NCBI GenBank assembly: GCA_046726415.1
Contig: JBKPAK010000298.1
Span: 1 to 13,076, forward strand
DNA from: Candidatus Methylomirabilota bacterium
GTDB lineage: Bacteria; Methylomirabilota; Methylomirabilia; Rokubacteriales; CSP1-6
Length of the DNA: 13,076 bases
Reading direction: 5' to 3'
The position numbers and the translations under genes were made by a program. Shown one piece after another: positions 1 through 7,985 of the stretch; the first letter of the stretch is position 1; every line of letters begins with the position of its first letter. The notes below the pieces were generated by a model. That model was not told the origin of the DNA and did no database searches. It worked only from the letters and a program-made list of their open reading frames with translations.

Positions 1-1427
1 GGCCCTGAGCGAGCCATCCCCAGGTGCGCGAGGAGTTTCCGGATCACGGCGGGTTCGTGCAGCGTGGCGATCAGCCGCAGCCGACCCCCACAATGCGGGC
101 ACGCCAGAACATCAATCGCGAACGCCCGGTGCATGAGGGCCACCCAGCTCCAGGCGCGCCAACCGCTCTTCACCTTTGTGCCCTCCGAGCCTGCGGCCTG
201 CGGCGTCAAGGTCGTGCGCTCGGGCGCCACGCGTCCGTACGCGACCACGCGCTCGCGCCAGCGGGCGCGCGCAGCCAACACGCCATGGCAAATCAGCAGG
301 TTCGTTTCCGGCCGCGGCGGCATCGCCGCGAGACGCTCCAATAACTCCAGCGGCTCGAACACCAGCTCGCGCGTGCCGTCGTGCCACGCCGTCTTCAGCT
401 CCAGCGCGACGCGCCCGTCGCTCCGCAGCCGCAGGCGCTCCTGCGCAAAGGGCGGACGCAAGACATAGCGGCACAGACGCTCCAGCCCCGCCCGATCGTT
501 CGCTGACACCCACACGTTGGCGTGCAGATCGAAGCCCTCGAGATGAGCCTGCCGGGCCCGCGCGACGTCACGGCCTCCGTGTCGCGCGCGTCGCCGAGCC
601 GCCGCACTCGCGCCCCCGCGCGCGAGCCTCGCGCCACCCGCCCCTGCACCGAGGCCCCGACGATCCCCGCCAGCACCGGAGACTCCTCGGCGAGCCGATC
701 CGCCGGCCCCGTCGCGTCGTCGGCCGGCTCCAGGCCGTGGCGCACCAGCAACCGCTGCACGCGGTGGCGGATCGTCGTCAGCGCCGCCGCGACCTCCGCG
801 TCGCTCGGCGCCGGCGCCGGCTGAAACGTCATCGTGCGCCCGGCCGCTTCAGTGAACACTCCGTCCAGCACGAGGGTGTGGAAATGGACATTCATGTTCA
901 ACGCCCCGCCCGCGCGTTGCAGGGCCGTGACCATGCCGGTCTGCCCGCCGTCAATGCCGCGCGCGCGAGCGCCGCGCCGGTAGACGTCGCCCAGCGCCCG
1001 CGTGTACACGCGCAGCACCGCGCGGCTCAGTCCGTGATTCCACGCCATCTGGTAGCGCAGCCGATCCGGCACCGTCAGCACCCACTGCCGCACCGGCACC
1101 CCCGGCAGCACCTCATCCACCAGATGCGCCGCCCGCTCCGTCATCCGCCGACCCCCCCAGCTCGGACAGAAGCCGCGGCCTTTACACGAAAACGGCACCA
1201 GGTGCTCGCGCGCGCAGCCTTCGCACTGAAACCGCGCCACGCCGGCCTCGTACACCCCGCACAGCAGAAACTCCCGGAACTCGCGGCTCGACAAACTGCG
1301 GCAGGCCCGCGCCGTCGCCGGCCTCGGCCACCGCGCCCAGGAAGGCGTCCAGGTGTTCGGAGATCACCTGGTGCAGCACGGTGTGCTCGGCGTCTCGCGG
1401 ACGATACACGGGCGCGAGACATCCCAT
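1..1427 (-). pseudogene. IS91-family (Y2/HUH, N-terminal zinc-binding domain) rolling-circle transposase; two frameshifts; 3' end runs off the window
   Basis: Three consecutive frames rebuild one protein. Frame 1 (1427-~1286) is MGCLAPVYRPRDAEHTVLHQVISEHL...PQFVE. Frame 2 (~1285-~555) is REFREFLLCG...CEGC...FSCKGRGFCPS(W)GGRRM...VRQWVLTVP...NVHFHTLVLDG, with the Cys cluster and HUH motif. Frame 3 (~554-1) is [11 protein letters not shown]...[11 protein letters not shown]...[11 protein letters not shown]...[27 protein letters not shown], with the catalytic Tyr region and C-terminal CxxC. There is a +1 base near 1285 and a -1 base near 554. Confidence 0.92.
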
Positions 1428-1793
1428 GCCTCTGGGTAGCGCGCCCGCGCCGCCCTGCCCATGCCCAAAGATGGATACGCCAGCTCAGGACCGCGTCCGG
1501 CTCACTGATGTGCCTCGACTCGCGCCGGAGCCCGCGGGCGCGCGAAGGCTCGTCCTCCGCGCCGCTCGGTCGTGAACATCCGCGATTTCCTAGATGCGCA
1601 CATTTGGCACCTGACCGGGCGTCGCGATACGCTACGCGCGCGCCGAGGCGCCCGCGGCATCGCCGCGTCCGGCGCCGGTGAAGCCATCGCGATGACGGGC
1701 CCGGCGACCTCCGCGTGGCCGCGACTGCTCGCGCCGGTGGGTCGCGATCCGGAGTGCGACGCCCGCAGGAGCGAGCGAGGAGGTGAGCGCCAC

Positions 1794-2081
1794 ATGTCAG
1801 AGCCGATGCTGACGATTCACAACCACCATTCCACGGCGTGCGGGATCCCGCCGACGTTCAGCACCAAGGCCGCCAACCTCTACATCGGCTACTTCGAGAA
1901 CCGGCACGGCGAGCAGTGGATCTTCACCTGCAATCGCGCGACGCGCGAGGCGAGCCTCCGCGGCGGGGACACCGGCTGGGCCCGCGCGCACCCGGTGCGT
2001 GACGGACGGGTCGACGGACTGATCCTCACGCCGGAGGAGACCGCGTGGCTGCACGCGTGCTGGAGCGCCGTGCGAGCGTAG
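1794..2081 (+). CDS. Small hypothetical protein, 95 aa (MSEPMLTIHNHHSTACGIPP...YIGYFENRHGEQWIF...LRGGDTGW...WLHACW)
   Basis: A strong RBS (GGAGGTGA) lies just before ATG 1794. Codon use is GC3-rich and the composition is globular and aromatic-rich, unlike the 1572-1793 upstream extension of the same ORF. Confidence 0.8.
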   Translation: MSEPMLTIHNHHSTACGIPPTFSTKAANLYIGYFENRHGEQWIFTCNRATREASLRGGDTGWARAHPVRDGRVDGLILTPEETAWLHACWSAVRA

Positions 2082-2109
2082 CCGGCTCCCCGGCGGGCAC
2101 GGCGCGTTC

Positions 2110-2240
2110 TCTGCCGGCCGGCCGCGGGCCAAGCTCGCTGGAGGAATCGCGTAGTCGAAGACAATCTCGGTCCCGGGCGGTAGAGAGGCGACGAACGTCA
2201 GCGTTTCCCTCACGGCGTCGAGGGTTAAATAGACGACCAC
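2110..2240 (-). pseudogene. Internal fragment of an LCM-type (leucine carboxyl methyltransferase-like) class I SAM-dependent methyltransferase
   Basis: VVVYLTLDAVRETLTFVASLPPGTEIVFDYAIPPASL matches the GVxxYLT...l..ia...pGs.ivFDY segment of this family. Both ends of the gene are missing. Confidence 0.7.
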
Positions 2241-2305
2241 AACTCCGCGCCGCCGATCCTCAGCAGCGTGCCATGCTCAACGCCTATCTATCGGAGATAC
2301 AGCTC
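2240..2305 (+). pseudogene. Very short fragment resembling the N-terminal helix of a class I SAM-dependent methyltransferase
   Basis: LRAADPQQRAMLNAYLSEIQL resembles the segment that precedes motif I in a methyltransferase family. No motif I follows. Confidence 0.4.
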
Positions 2306-2578
2306 CGCTACGATAGGATCGCCGGGCGCCACATCGAGTCCACCGTTTAAAACGCACCCGAATTCCTGGACACCATCCTGACTGAACCGAAGATGGTGAC
2401 CATGGAGGGTGGGGATGGCGAACAGACCTCGGAAACGAACGCCACCTGAGAGTGACGGTAGTTCCCTGGCCGCGGGCGTGAGGGCATGTGGGAAGCTCTA
2501 CGGACGAGCCTCATCAGGCAGCGACCTCTTGAACCATGACACCGACCCAGTGCAATATCCGCACGTTCAGGAGTAGGC

Positions 2579-2656
2579 ATGATCATCGTCTCGGGAAGGA
2601 TCTACGTGCCCGGTAGTCAGGCTACGAACATACGGACCGGGGGGTCGACACCCTAG
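2579..2656 (+). pseudogene. 5' stub of an antibiotic-biosynthesis-monooxygenase (ABM) family gene
   Basis: AGGAG RBS, then ATG, then MIIVSGRIYV, a typical ABM first beta-strand. Similarity is lost after about 11 codons and the frame stops at 25 aa. Confidence 0.45.
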
Positions 2657-2682
2657 TCCGCTTGGGATCGGAGGCCTCGTCG

Positions 2683-4533
2683 ATGACAAACGGCGGTGTC
2701 GTGAAACGCCCGGCCGCCCCTCTGGGCTGCCTCGGGTTGGCCCTGGCGATCTGGCTGGTCGGCGGCGGGCTGTCTGTGACGCCGGCCGCGGCGCAGGCGT
2801 GCGTCGGTACAGTCGACGCCCCGGCCGGCAAGGTCTGCGGGCTGGCGATCGCTGCACCGGCCACGACCGGCCGTGCTCTCTACAGTTATCGCGGCATCCC
2901 CTATGCGCTGCCACCCGTCGCTGACCTGCGCTGGGCTCCACCGCAGCCGTACCCGCGCTGGCGCCATCTCCGCCCCGCCACCTCGTTTGGTGCCATCTGC
3001 CCGCAAGATGGCGCGACCGGCGATTCGGAGGACTGCCTGTTCCTCAACATCTGGACGCCGCGCGCCGCCGTCGAGCGAGACAAACGGCTGCCCGTCATGG
3101 TTTTCATCCACGGCGGCTACTTCGTTTACGGCGCCGGCTCCCTCCCCCGCTATGACGGCTCCTACCTCGCCGCGTCGGGGAACGTGGTCGTGGTCACCCT
3201 CAATTACCGCTTGGGCTCCCTGGGCTTCCTGGCCGTGCCGGAGCTGGGCCTGACCGGTAATTACGGCATCCTGGACCAGCGCCTGGCCCTGCGCTGGGTG
3301 GCGGAAAACATCGCGGCCTTCGGCGGCGACCCGCGCAAGGTCACGATCTTCGGCGAGAGTGCCGGGGCCATGTCGGTGGGCCTGCACCTGTTCAGCATCC
3401 CCGCGGACCGCGGCCGCTTCCGGGCCGCGATCATGGAGAGCAACCCGCTGGCCATCTCCTATCCGAGCCTCCTGGCGCAGGTGGAGGCGAAGTGGCAGGA
3501 GTTCCGGCTGGCCTTGTGCTTCGAGGCCAACCTGCCCCTGAACTGCACCTTCGACCTGGCCGCGCTCCGCGCCCTGCCGCTGGCGGTCATCGAGAACGCC
3601 GACGGCGACTACGAGTCGCTGACCGACGTGATCGGGCGGCTGCAGGTGCCGACGGCGATCGCCGATCTCCTGCCGTGGACACCGATCGTCGATGCGCAGA
3701 TCTTCTCGGGCGAGACGCTGATCCAGAACCAGCCCTACCAGGGGTTCTACAACGGGCCGAACGGCACCGCCGAGTCCAAGCCCTACCTGATCGGCGTCAA
3801 TCGCGACGAGGGTGCCCTGTTCGCGGACCTGGCCAATCAGGCGGCTGGCGGCATCAGCCAGTCCAACTATCAAGTGCTGCTGGAGACGGTGTTCGGGACG
3901 TCGGCCGCCACCGCTATCGTCGGCTTCACCGTGGGCGGCGACCGGCCCTACGACCCCACCGACCAGGGGACGCTGCCGCCCTGGTTCGTCAACTCCCCGC
4001 AGGCCGCGGCGGTCAGCACGCTGATCAACGACTTCGTCTTCCGCTGCGGCAGTTTCCTCGCCACCGACAACGTCGTCGCCACACCGGGCGCCGAGCGGGT
4101 TCACGCCTACCTGTTCGCCCAGGCCCCCATCTATAGCAGCGACGGTTCGACCGCCTGCGCGCCCTTCACCGCCGATCCGGGCATCCAGAACGCCTGCCAC
4201 AGCTTCGAGCTGCCGTACATCTTCAACACCCTATCCGCCACCAACGCCACGCTGATCCCGCCGGCCAACGCGCGCCTGGCTCGCCGGATCGCGCGCCACT
4301 GGACCAACTTCGCCCGCATCCTCGACCCCGGCCCGAGCTGGCGACCCTACCGCGCCACCTCGGCACCTGGCGGCAGGAACATCGAGATCCTGAGCACCGG
4401 CAGCGCCGCCACCGGCACCCTGCCGGTGCCCGCAGACCCCATCGCCGCCTCCAACTGCGCCACCTTGTGGGCCGCCCAGCCCCCGTTCACCGGGAGCTTC
4501 CCCGCGCAGCTGGCTGATTCGGGGGAGCCATAG
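2683..4533 (+). CDS. Secreted type-B carboxylesterase/lipase (alpha/beta hydrolase, COesterase family)
   Basis: Motifs YRGIPYA, SEDCLFLNIWTP, PVMVFIHGG, NYRLG, NYGILDQ, FGGDP..VTIFGESAG (nucleophile Ser), NRDEG (acid) and ACHSFEL (His). The N-terminus is hydrophobic and ends in AAAQA. GGAGG precedes ATG 2683; GTG 2701 is an alternative start. Confidence 0.95.
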   Translation: MTNGGVVKRPAAPLGCLGLALAIWLVGGGLSVTPAAAQACVGTVDAPAGKVCGLAIAAPATTGRALYSYRGIPYALPPVADLRWAPPQPYPRWRHLRPATSFGAICPQDGATGDSEDCLFLNIWTPRAAVERDKRLPVMVFIHGGYFVYGAGSLPRYDGSYLAASGNVVVVTLNYRLGSLGFLAVPELGLTGNYGILDQRLALRWVAENIAAFGGDPRKVTIFGESAGAMSVGLHLFSIPADRGRFRAAIMESNPLAISYPSLLAQVEAKWQEFRLALCFEANLPLNCTFDLAALRALPLAVIENADGDYESLTDVIGRLQVPTAIADLLPWTPIVDAQIFSGETLIQNQPYQGFYNGPNGTAESKPYLIGVNRDEGALFADLANQAAGGISQSNYQVLLETVFGTSAATAIVGFTVGGDRPYDPTDQGTLPPWFVNSPQAAAVSTLINDFVFRCGSFLATDNVVATPGAERVHAYLFAQAPIYSSDGSTACAPFTADPGIQNACHSFELPYIFNTLSATNATLIPPANARLARRIARHWTNFARILDPGPSWRPYRATSAPGGRNIEILSTGSAATGTLPVPADPIAASNCATLWAAQPPFTGSFPAQLADSGEP

Positions 4534-4536
4534 CTC

Positions 4537-4583
4537 CGGGCGATGGCACGGGCAGGACGCCGCCCCTGCCCGTGCCGCGCCCG
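4537..4583 (+). terminator. Strong GC stem-loop directly after the esterase stop (possible terminator or 3' stabilising hairpin)
   Basis: A perfect 12-bp stem, GGCACGGGCAGG (4545-4556) / CCTGCCCGTGCC (4565-4576), with an 8-nt loop. It is extended by CGGGCG (4537-4542) / CGCCCG (4578-4583). No U-tract is present. Confidence 0.5.
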
Positions 4584-4836
4584 CTCGACCTGGAGGAACG
4601 CTAGGATAAAGAGGCGTCAATGGCAGCGAAGCCGACGCCCATGCAATCCTTCCACTCGGCCGGCCGATCCCGCAGCTGGCCCCGGACGAGGCGTGGCGGC
4701 CGCGCGACGCGCCGCTGGTCGTCACGAGCAGAACGCGGAATGCGGTCGCTGCACCTTAATCATAGTCTCGCCTCACGACGATCTGGGCCCTGCTCGTCGG
4801 CTACAGGCTCCTCCGCCTCGGTCAAGCCTGAAGCTC

Positions 4837-5505
4837 TCAGTCGCGGCCGCGCGTGGTGGCGATGTCGACCTCGTTTCCGGCTGCGTCAGCCAGCGTCCAC
4901 CACGATGGAGCGAACTCGTCGCGCACCATGCGGCCGCCGGCGGCGAGCGCGGCCGCGATGCGAGCCTCCGCCTGCTCGTACGGCACCTATATGGCGACGT
5001 GGATCGCGCCGCCGCCGTCCGCGCGCGGTGTATTCATCTGCTCGAACCAGAACCCCGGCCCCCGACCGCGCGGATCCACGAGGTCCTCGGCGGGACTGTC
5101 GCGGCGAGGCTCATACCCGAGCGCGGCGCGCCAGAGCGGCATCACCTCGGGGGGAGAGGTCGCGCCCGGGATGACGAGCAGGCTCTGAACGGGCGACGGG
5201 TCGGCAGACAGGCCCAACCGTCGGGCGGCCGCCGAGATCTGGCGGGCCATGTCGACGTCGCGCTGGCTCACCCCGTAGTAGTCGTCGGTGTACGTGATCA
5301 GGCGCACGGTCACACCATCGTGCCGCAGGTCAACGTCGGGCTTGTGGTCCTCAACGCCAGGCAGCTGGCTGATCGCCTGCACGAGCCGTGCGCTTGCCGC
5401 AAACGATGCGGTCGGGAAGTACGCGCACGCGCCGTCGCCGATGACCCGCCAATCTTCGACGCCCTCGGACTCATGGAACTGCTTCGGACTGATCCGGTCG
5501 GTCAT
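4837..5505 (-). pseudogene. Pterin-4a-carbinolamine dehydratase / VOC (glyoxalase-like) fusion with an internal amber codon
   Basis: AAGGAGA RBS, then MTDRISPKQFHESEGVEDWR...DHKPDVDLR...SQRDVDMARQIS (PCD-like), then WRAALGY...DLVDPRGRGPGFWFEQM...IHVAI. After TAG 4987-4989 the same frame continues VPYEQAEARIAAALAAGGR...WWTLADAAGNEVDIAT to TGA at 4837-4839. Confidence 0.88.
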
Positions 5506-5552
5506 GCGGGTCTCCTTGTCACGGCCAGCGTCTCGACGCGACGCCCCACTCC

Positions 5553-6039
5553 AACGAGCAGGTGGAAACGCTCGCCCGCACGCTGGTCGATCAATTCGCG
5601 GCGATGGGCGGCGTGCCCGCTCGCCGCCGTCTTCGATCGGCCCACCACGATCGCGCTCGCCTGGAAACGCGACGGCGAGGTCCTCGAGTGGAATGCGACG
5701 TTCGCCCAAGTCATGCTCGAGCTCGGCGTGGCGGTCGAGCTGTGCTGGCCCGCCCGCGGCAATCAGAAGGGATCCGTCGAAAATCTCGTGGGCCGGGTCA
5801 AGGGCTCGTTCTTCAAGCAGCGGCGCTTCCTCGATGAGGACGATCTCCGGCAGCAGCTCGCCGAGTGGCACGTGGACGTCCAGACACGGATTCCGTGCCG
5901 CGCGACGGGCGTGACTCCGGCAGAACAGATGGTCGAGGAACGCCGGCGCTTGCGGCTCCTGAAGGTCACGCCGGAGGCCCTCGCGCTGCGGATCCCGATT
6001 TGGGTCGGGCCCACCGGGATGGTCCTGCACGACACCCAT
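5553..6039 (+). pseudogene. istA: Internal fragment of an IS21-family IstA transposase, one frameshift
   Basis: NEQVETLARTLVDQFAAMGGVP, a +1 base near 5617, then LAAVFDRPTT...ELCWPARGNQKGSVENLVGRVK.SFF...RATGVTP. This covers the second D and the E of the DDE core. No N-terminus, istB or inverted repeats are seen. Confidence 0.85.
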
Positions 6040-6045
6040 CTGTCG

Positions 6046-6179
6046 GGAGGAAGCGTCCCGGCGGTAGCCGTGACGGGCTACGGAGTCGTCGAAGATCGCA
6101 TCCGTATTCCTCGTTGGCTTTCAGGTGCACTTCCGAAGCCCGTCGAGCTGGTCGAGCTTGGTAACCCGTCGTCGCAACT
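6046..6179 (+). pseudogene. Degraded C-terminal part of a receiver (REC) domain of hybrid-kinase type
   Basis: GGSVPAVAVTGYGVVEDRIRI, then GFQVH in a shifted frame, then PKPVELVEL. This matches the PAiAlTay...Dr.r....GFq.H..KPv tail of receiver domains. Confidence 0.72.
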
Positions 6180-7271
6180 GTCCCTCCCACAGGGATCGCC
6201 CGCGAGCTGGCAAGGGTCGGCGATTACCCCTACCTGAGCCATGTCCTGCCATCCCCTGCCGGCTCAGGCCAGCAGGAAGAAGGGGCCGACGTGGGCGCCG
6301 TGCTCCGTGTCCTGCGCACCGCCACCGGCGTCGACTTCGCGCGGTACAAGTCGGCCAGCGTCCGCCGCCGCATCGCTCGCCGCATGCTGTTACAGAAGAT
6401 CGACGACCTCGGGAATTACGTCCGGCACCTCCGCGAGACGCCCGACGAAGCGCAGGCCCTACGCGACGACATCCTCATCATGGTGGATCAGGCCACCACT
6501 GCGCGGGCCCTCGAAGTGATCGAGCGCAACACCCTGCTGCAAGCACGCCTGATCGAGGACCTCCTCGACGTCTCGCGCATCGTCGCGGGCACTCTGCGTC
6601 TCGAGGCACAGCCCACCATGGTCGCGCCGGCCGTGCACGCGGCCCTCGCCGCGATGCAACCCGTGGCCGAGGCCAAGAGGATCGTGCTGGAGAGGGCCCT
6701 TGACGAGACGGCCGGGCCCGTCCGTGGCGATTCGACCCGCCTTCAGCAGATCGTCTGGAACCTCGTGTCTAACGCGATCAAGTTCACGCCGAGCGGAGGT
6801 CGGGTCGAGGTCCGCCTCGCGCGCCGAGGACCCGCCGTCGAGCTCACAGTGCGCGACACCGGCAAGGGGATCGCGGCCGAACAGCTCCACCATATCTTCG
6901 CCCCGTTCGGAGTCGCGCACAGCACCTCGCAGCTCCAGGGAGGTCTGAGGCTCGGACTCACCATCGTGCGCCATCTCGTGGAGCTCCACGGCGGGGCCGT
7001 TCAGGCCGAGAGCGCCGGCCCCGAACAGGGGGCGGCCTTCACGGTGACCCTCCCGCTCACCGAGGAACGTCCCGCCGACGAGGCGGAGGTCCGCACGCTC
7101 GCGACCAGAGGAGTTGCGGTCGCTCGACTCCCGGCGTTGGGGGGCGTCCGGGTCCTCGTCGTGGACGACGAGGCCGACATGCGCGAGCTGCTCAGAACCA
7201 TCCTCGGGCAATGCGGGGCCGAAGTGACCGTCGCCGCGACCGGCCGGACGGCGCTGGAGGTGCTCGAACAA
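6180..7271 (+). pseudogene. Remnant of a CheB/CheR-histidine kinase-receiver hybrid with an in-frame internal deletion and both ends truncated
   Basis: A single frame encodes a CheB-end/linker (PPTGIARELARVGDYPYL) and the CheR N-terminal helical domain (TGVDFARYKSASVRRRIARRM...ALRDDILIMV). It then jumps near 6485 to the second HisKA helix (ALEVIERN...LIEDLLDVSRI), so the H-box is missing. HATPase follows (LQQIVWNLVSNAIKFT, DTGKGI, GLRLGL), then a receiver start (VRVLVVDDE...ALEVLEQ) that is cut before the phospho-acceptor Asp. Confidence 0.85.
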
Positions 7272-7536
7272 GTCTCCGGGGCGGTGGGACCGGGTGTCAT
7301 CGGCGTCGGTGAGGAGGGCGATGCCGCCTGGCTTCGGCGTCTTGCCCCCAGCAAAGGCGCGGCGGTAGTCGTCGAGCACGTTCACGCGCTCTTCGATCTA
7401 GGCGCCTGAACGAGGTCGCCCCGCGCGCAGGACGCACAACTAGCTCAACCGGCGCGCCTGTCAGGAGCAGGAAGAGGAGACCACCGAGGACCAAGCCGCC
7501 CCGCGCACGCGCACGAGATCGCACGACGGCGAGCAC
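7272..7536 (-). pseudogene. DUF3047-like protein remnant: probable signal-peptide start joined to the C-terminal segment
   Basis: VLRAGRPRSGA*IEERVNVLDDYRRAF...GGIALLTDADDT (~7433-7290) matches the DUF3047 C-terminal W..E..n...DY..aF...i...tD.DnT pattern, with TAG (7398-7400) at the Trp position. A hydrophobic GGLVLGGLLFLLLTGA start at 7536 follows an AAGGAG. Confidence 0.65.
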
Positions 7537-7985
7537 CGTTGGTCGACCGGCTCTCCTTGCACGCGCTCAATCCACGGAGACCAGGCTACTCAAAGGCCGA
7601 GCAACCTCGCTGCCACCGGGGAAGGACGCGTCCTAATCTAACGGACTGCCGGCTATTGCTCGTGTCTCCCTGGGGGCGCCAGGTTAGGACGGCGTCGGTT
7701 CGGTTCTGTAGTCTCGTTCTCGAATCGGAGCAGCTCGACGCCGGAGGGTGCGCCGGCCAGCCGAGATCGCGCGAAGCGGGTATGGATTCGAGTATGTCAG
7801 CATAAATAATGTCTCTGGAACCTGCGGAAGTCGTGTGCAACCGGATACCAGCACACCCTAACGATGGCGGCGACAGCTTCGCGCGGAGGTACCGCTACGG
7901 GATTTACACAGCCTGGTGGCACCCGGAATGCATTACGTTGTTGGGCGATGGGACAAGGCGTGACACCCGCGCCCGCAGGGGTGGG

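Larger units (their letters stand above)
1..2109 (-). mobile_element. Putative IS91/ISCR-like element containing the transposase and a divergent small ORF; right boundary tentative, ori end outside the window
   Basis: The transposase, then the 95-aa ORF, then a GCCGG-CTCC-CCGGC hairpin (2081-2094), then GTTC (2106-2109). An unrelated truncated methyltransferase begins just beyond this point. Confidence 0.4.

Noticed and set aside
1603..1620. TTGGCAC as a sigma-54 -24 element
   Set aside because: No TTGC-like -12 element at the required spacing.
176..1681. 501-aa plus-strand ORF
   Set aside because: Arg/Pro/Ala-rich antisense shadow of the IS91-family transposase.
1572..1793. N-terminal extension of the small ORF to 169 aa
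   Set aside because: No clear RBS at 1572 and low-complexity translation; the strong RBS is at the 1794 start.
2653..4200. 515-aa minus-strand ORF
   Set aside because: Antisense shadow of the GC3-biased carboxylesterase, with no motifs of its own.
4987..6039. 350-aa minus-strand ORF as called
   Set aside because: The true start is ATG 5505 with an RBS. The upstream part is antisense IstA, and the gene continues past the TAG to 4837.
4543..6237. 564-aa plus-strand ORF as a real gene
   Set aside because: Accidental read-through of antisense PCD-VOC sequence, the IstA fragment and the receiver fragment.
7630..7947. attC-like sites (ATCTAAC...GTTAGGA at 7636-7689; CCCTAAC...GTTGGGC at ~7856-7947) suggesting integron cassettes
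   Set aside because: No convincing internal L-box complementarity, imperfect core consensus, not placed after intact cassette genes, and no integrase in the window.
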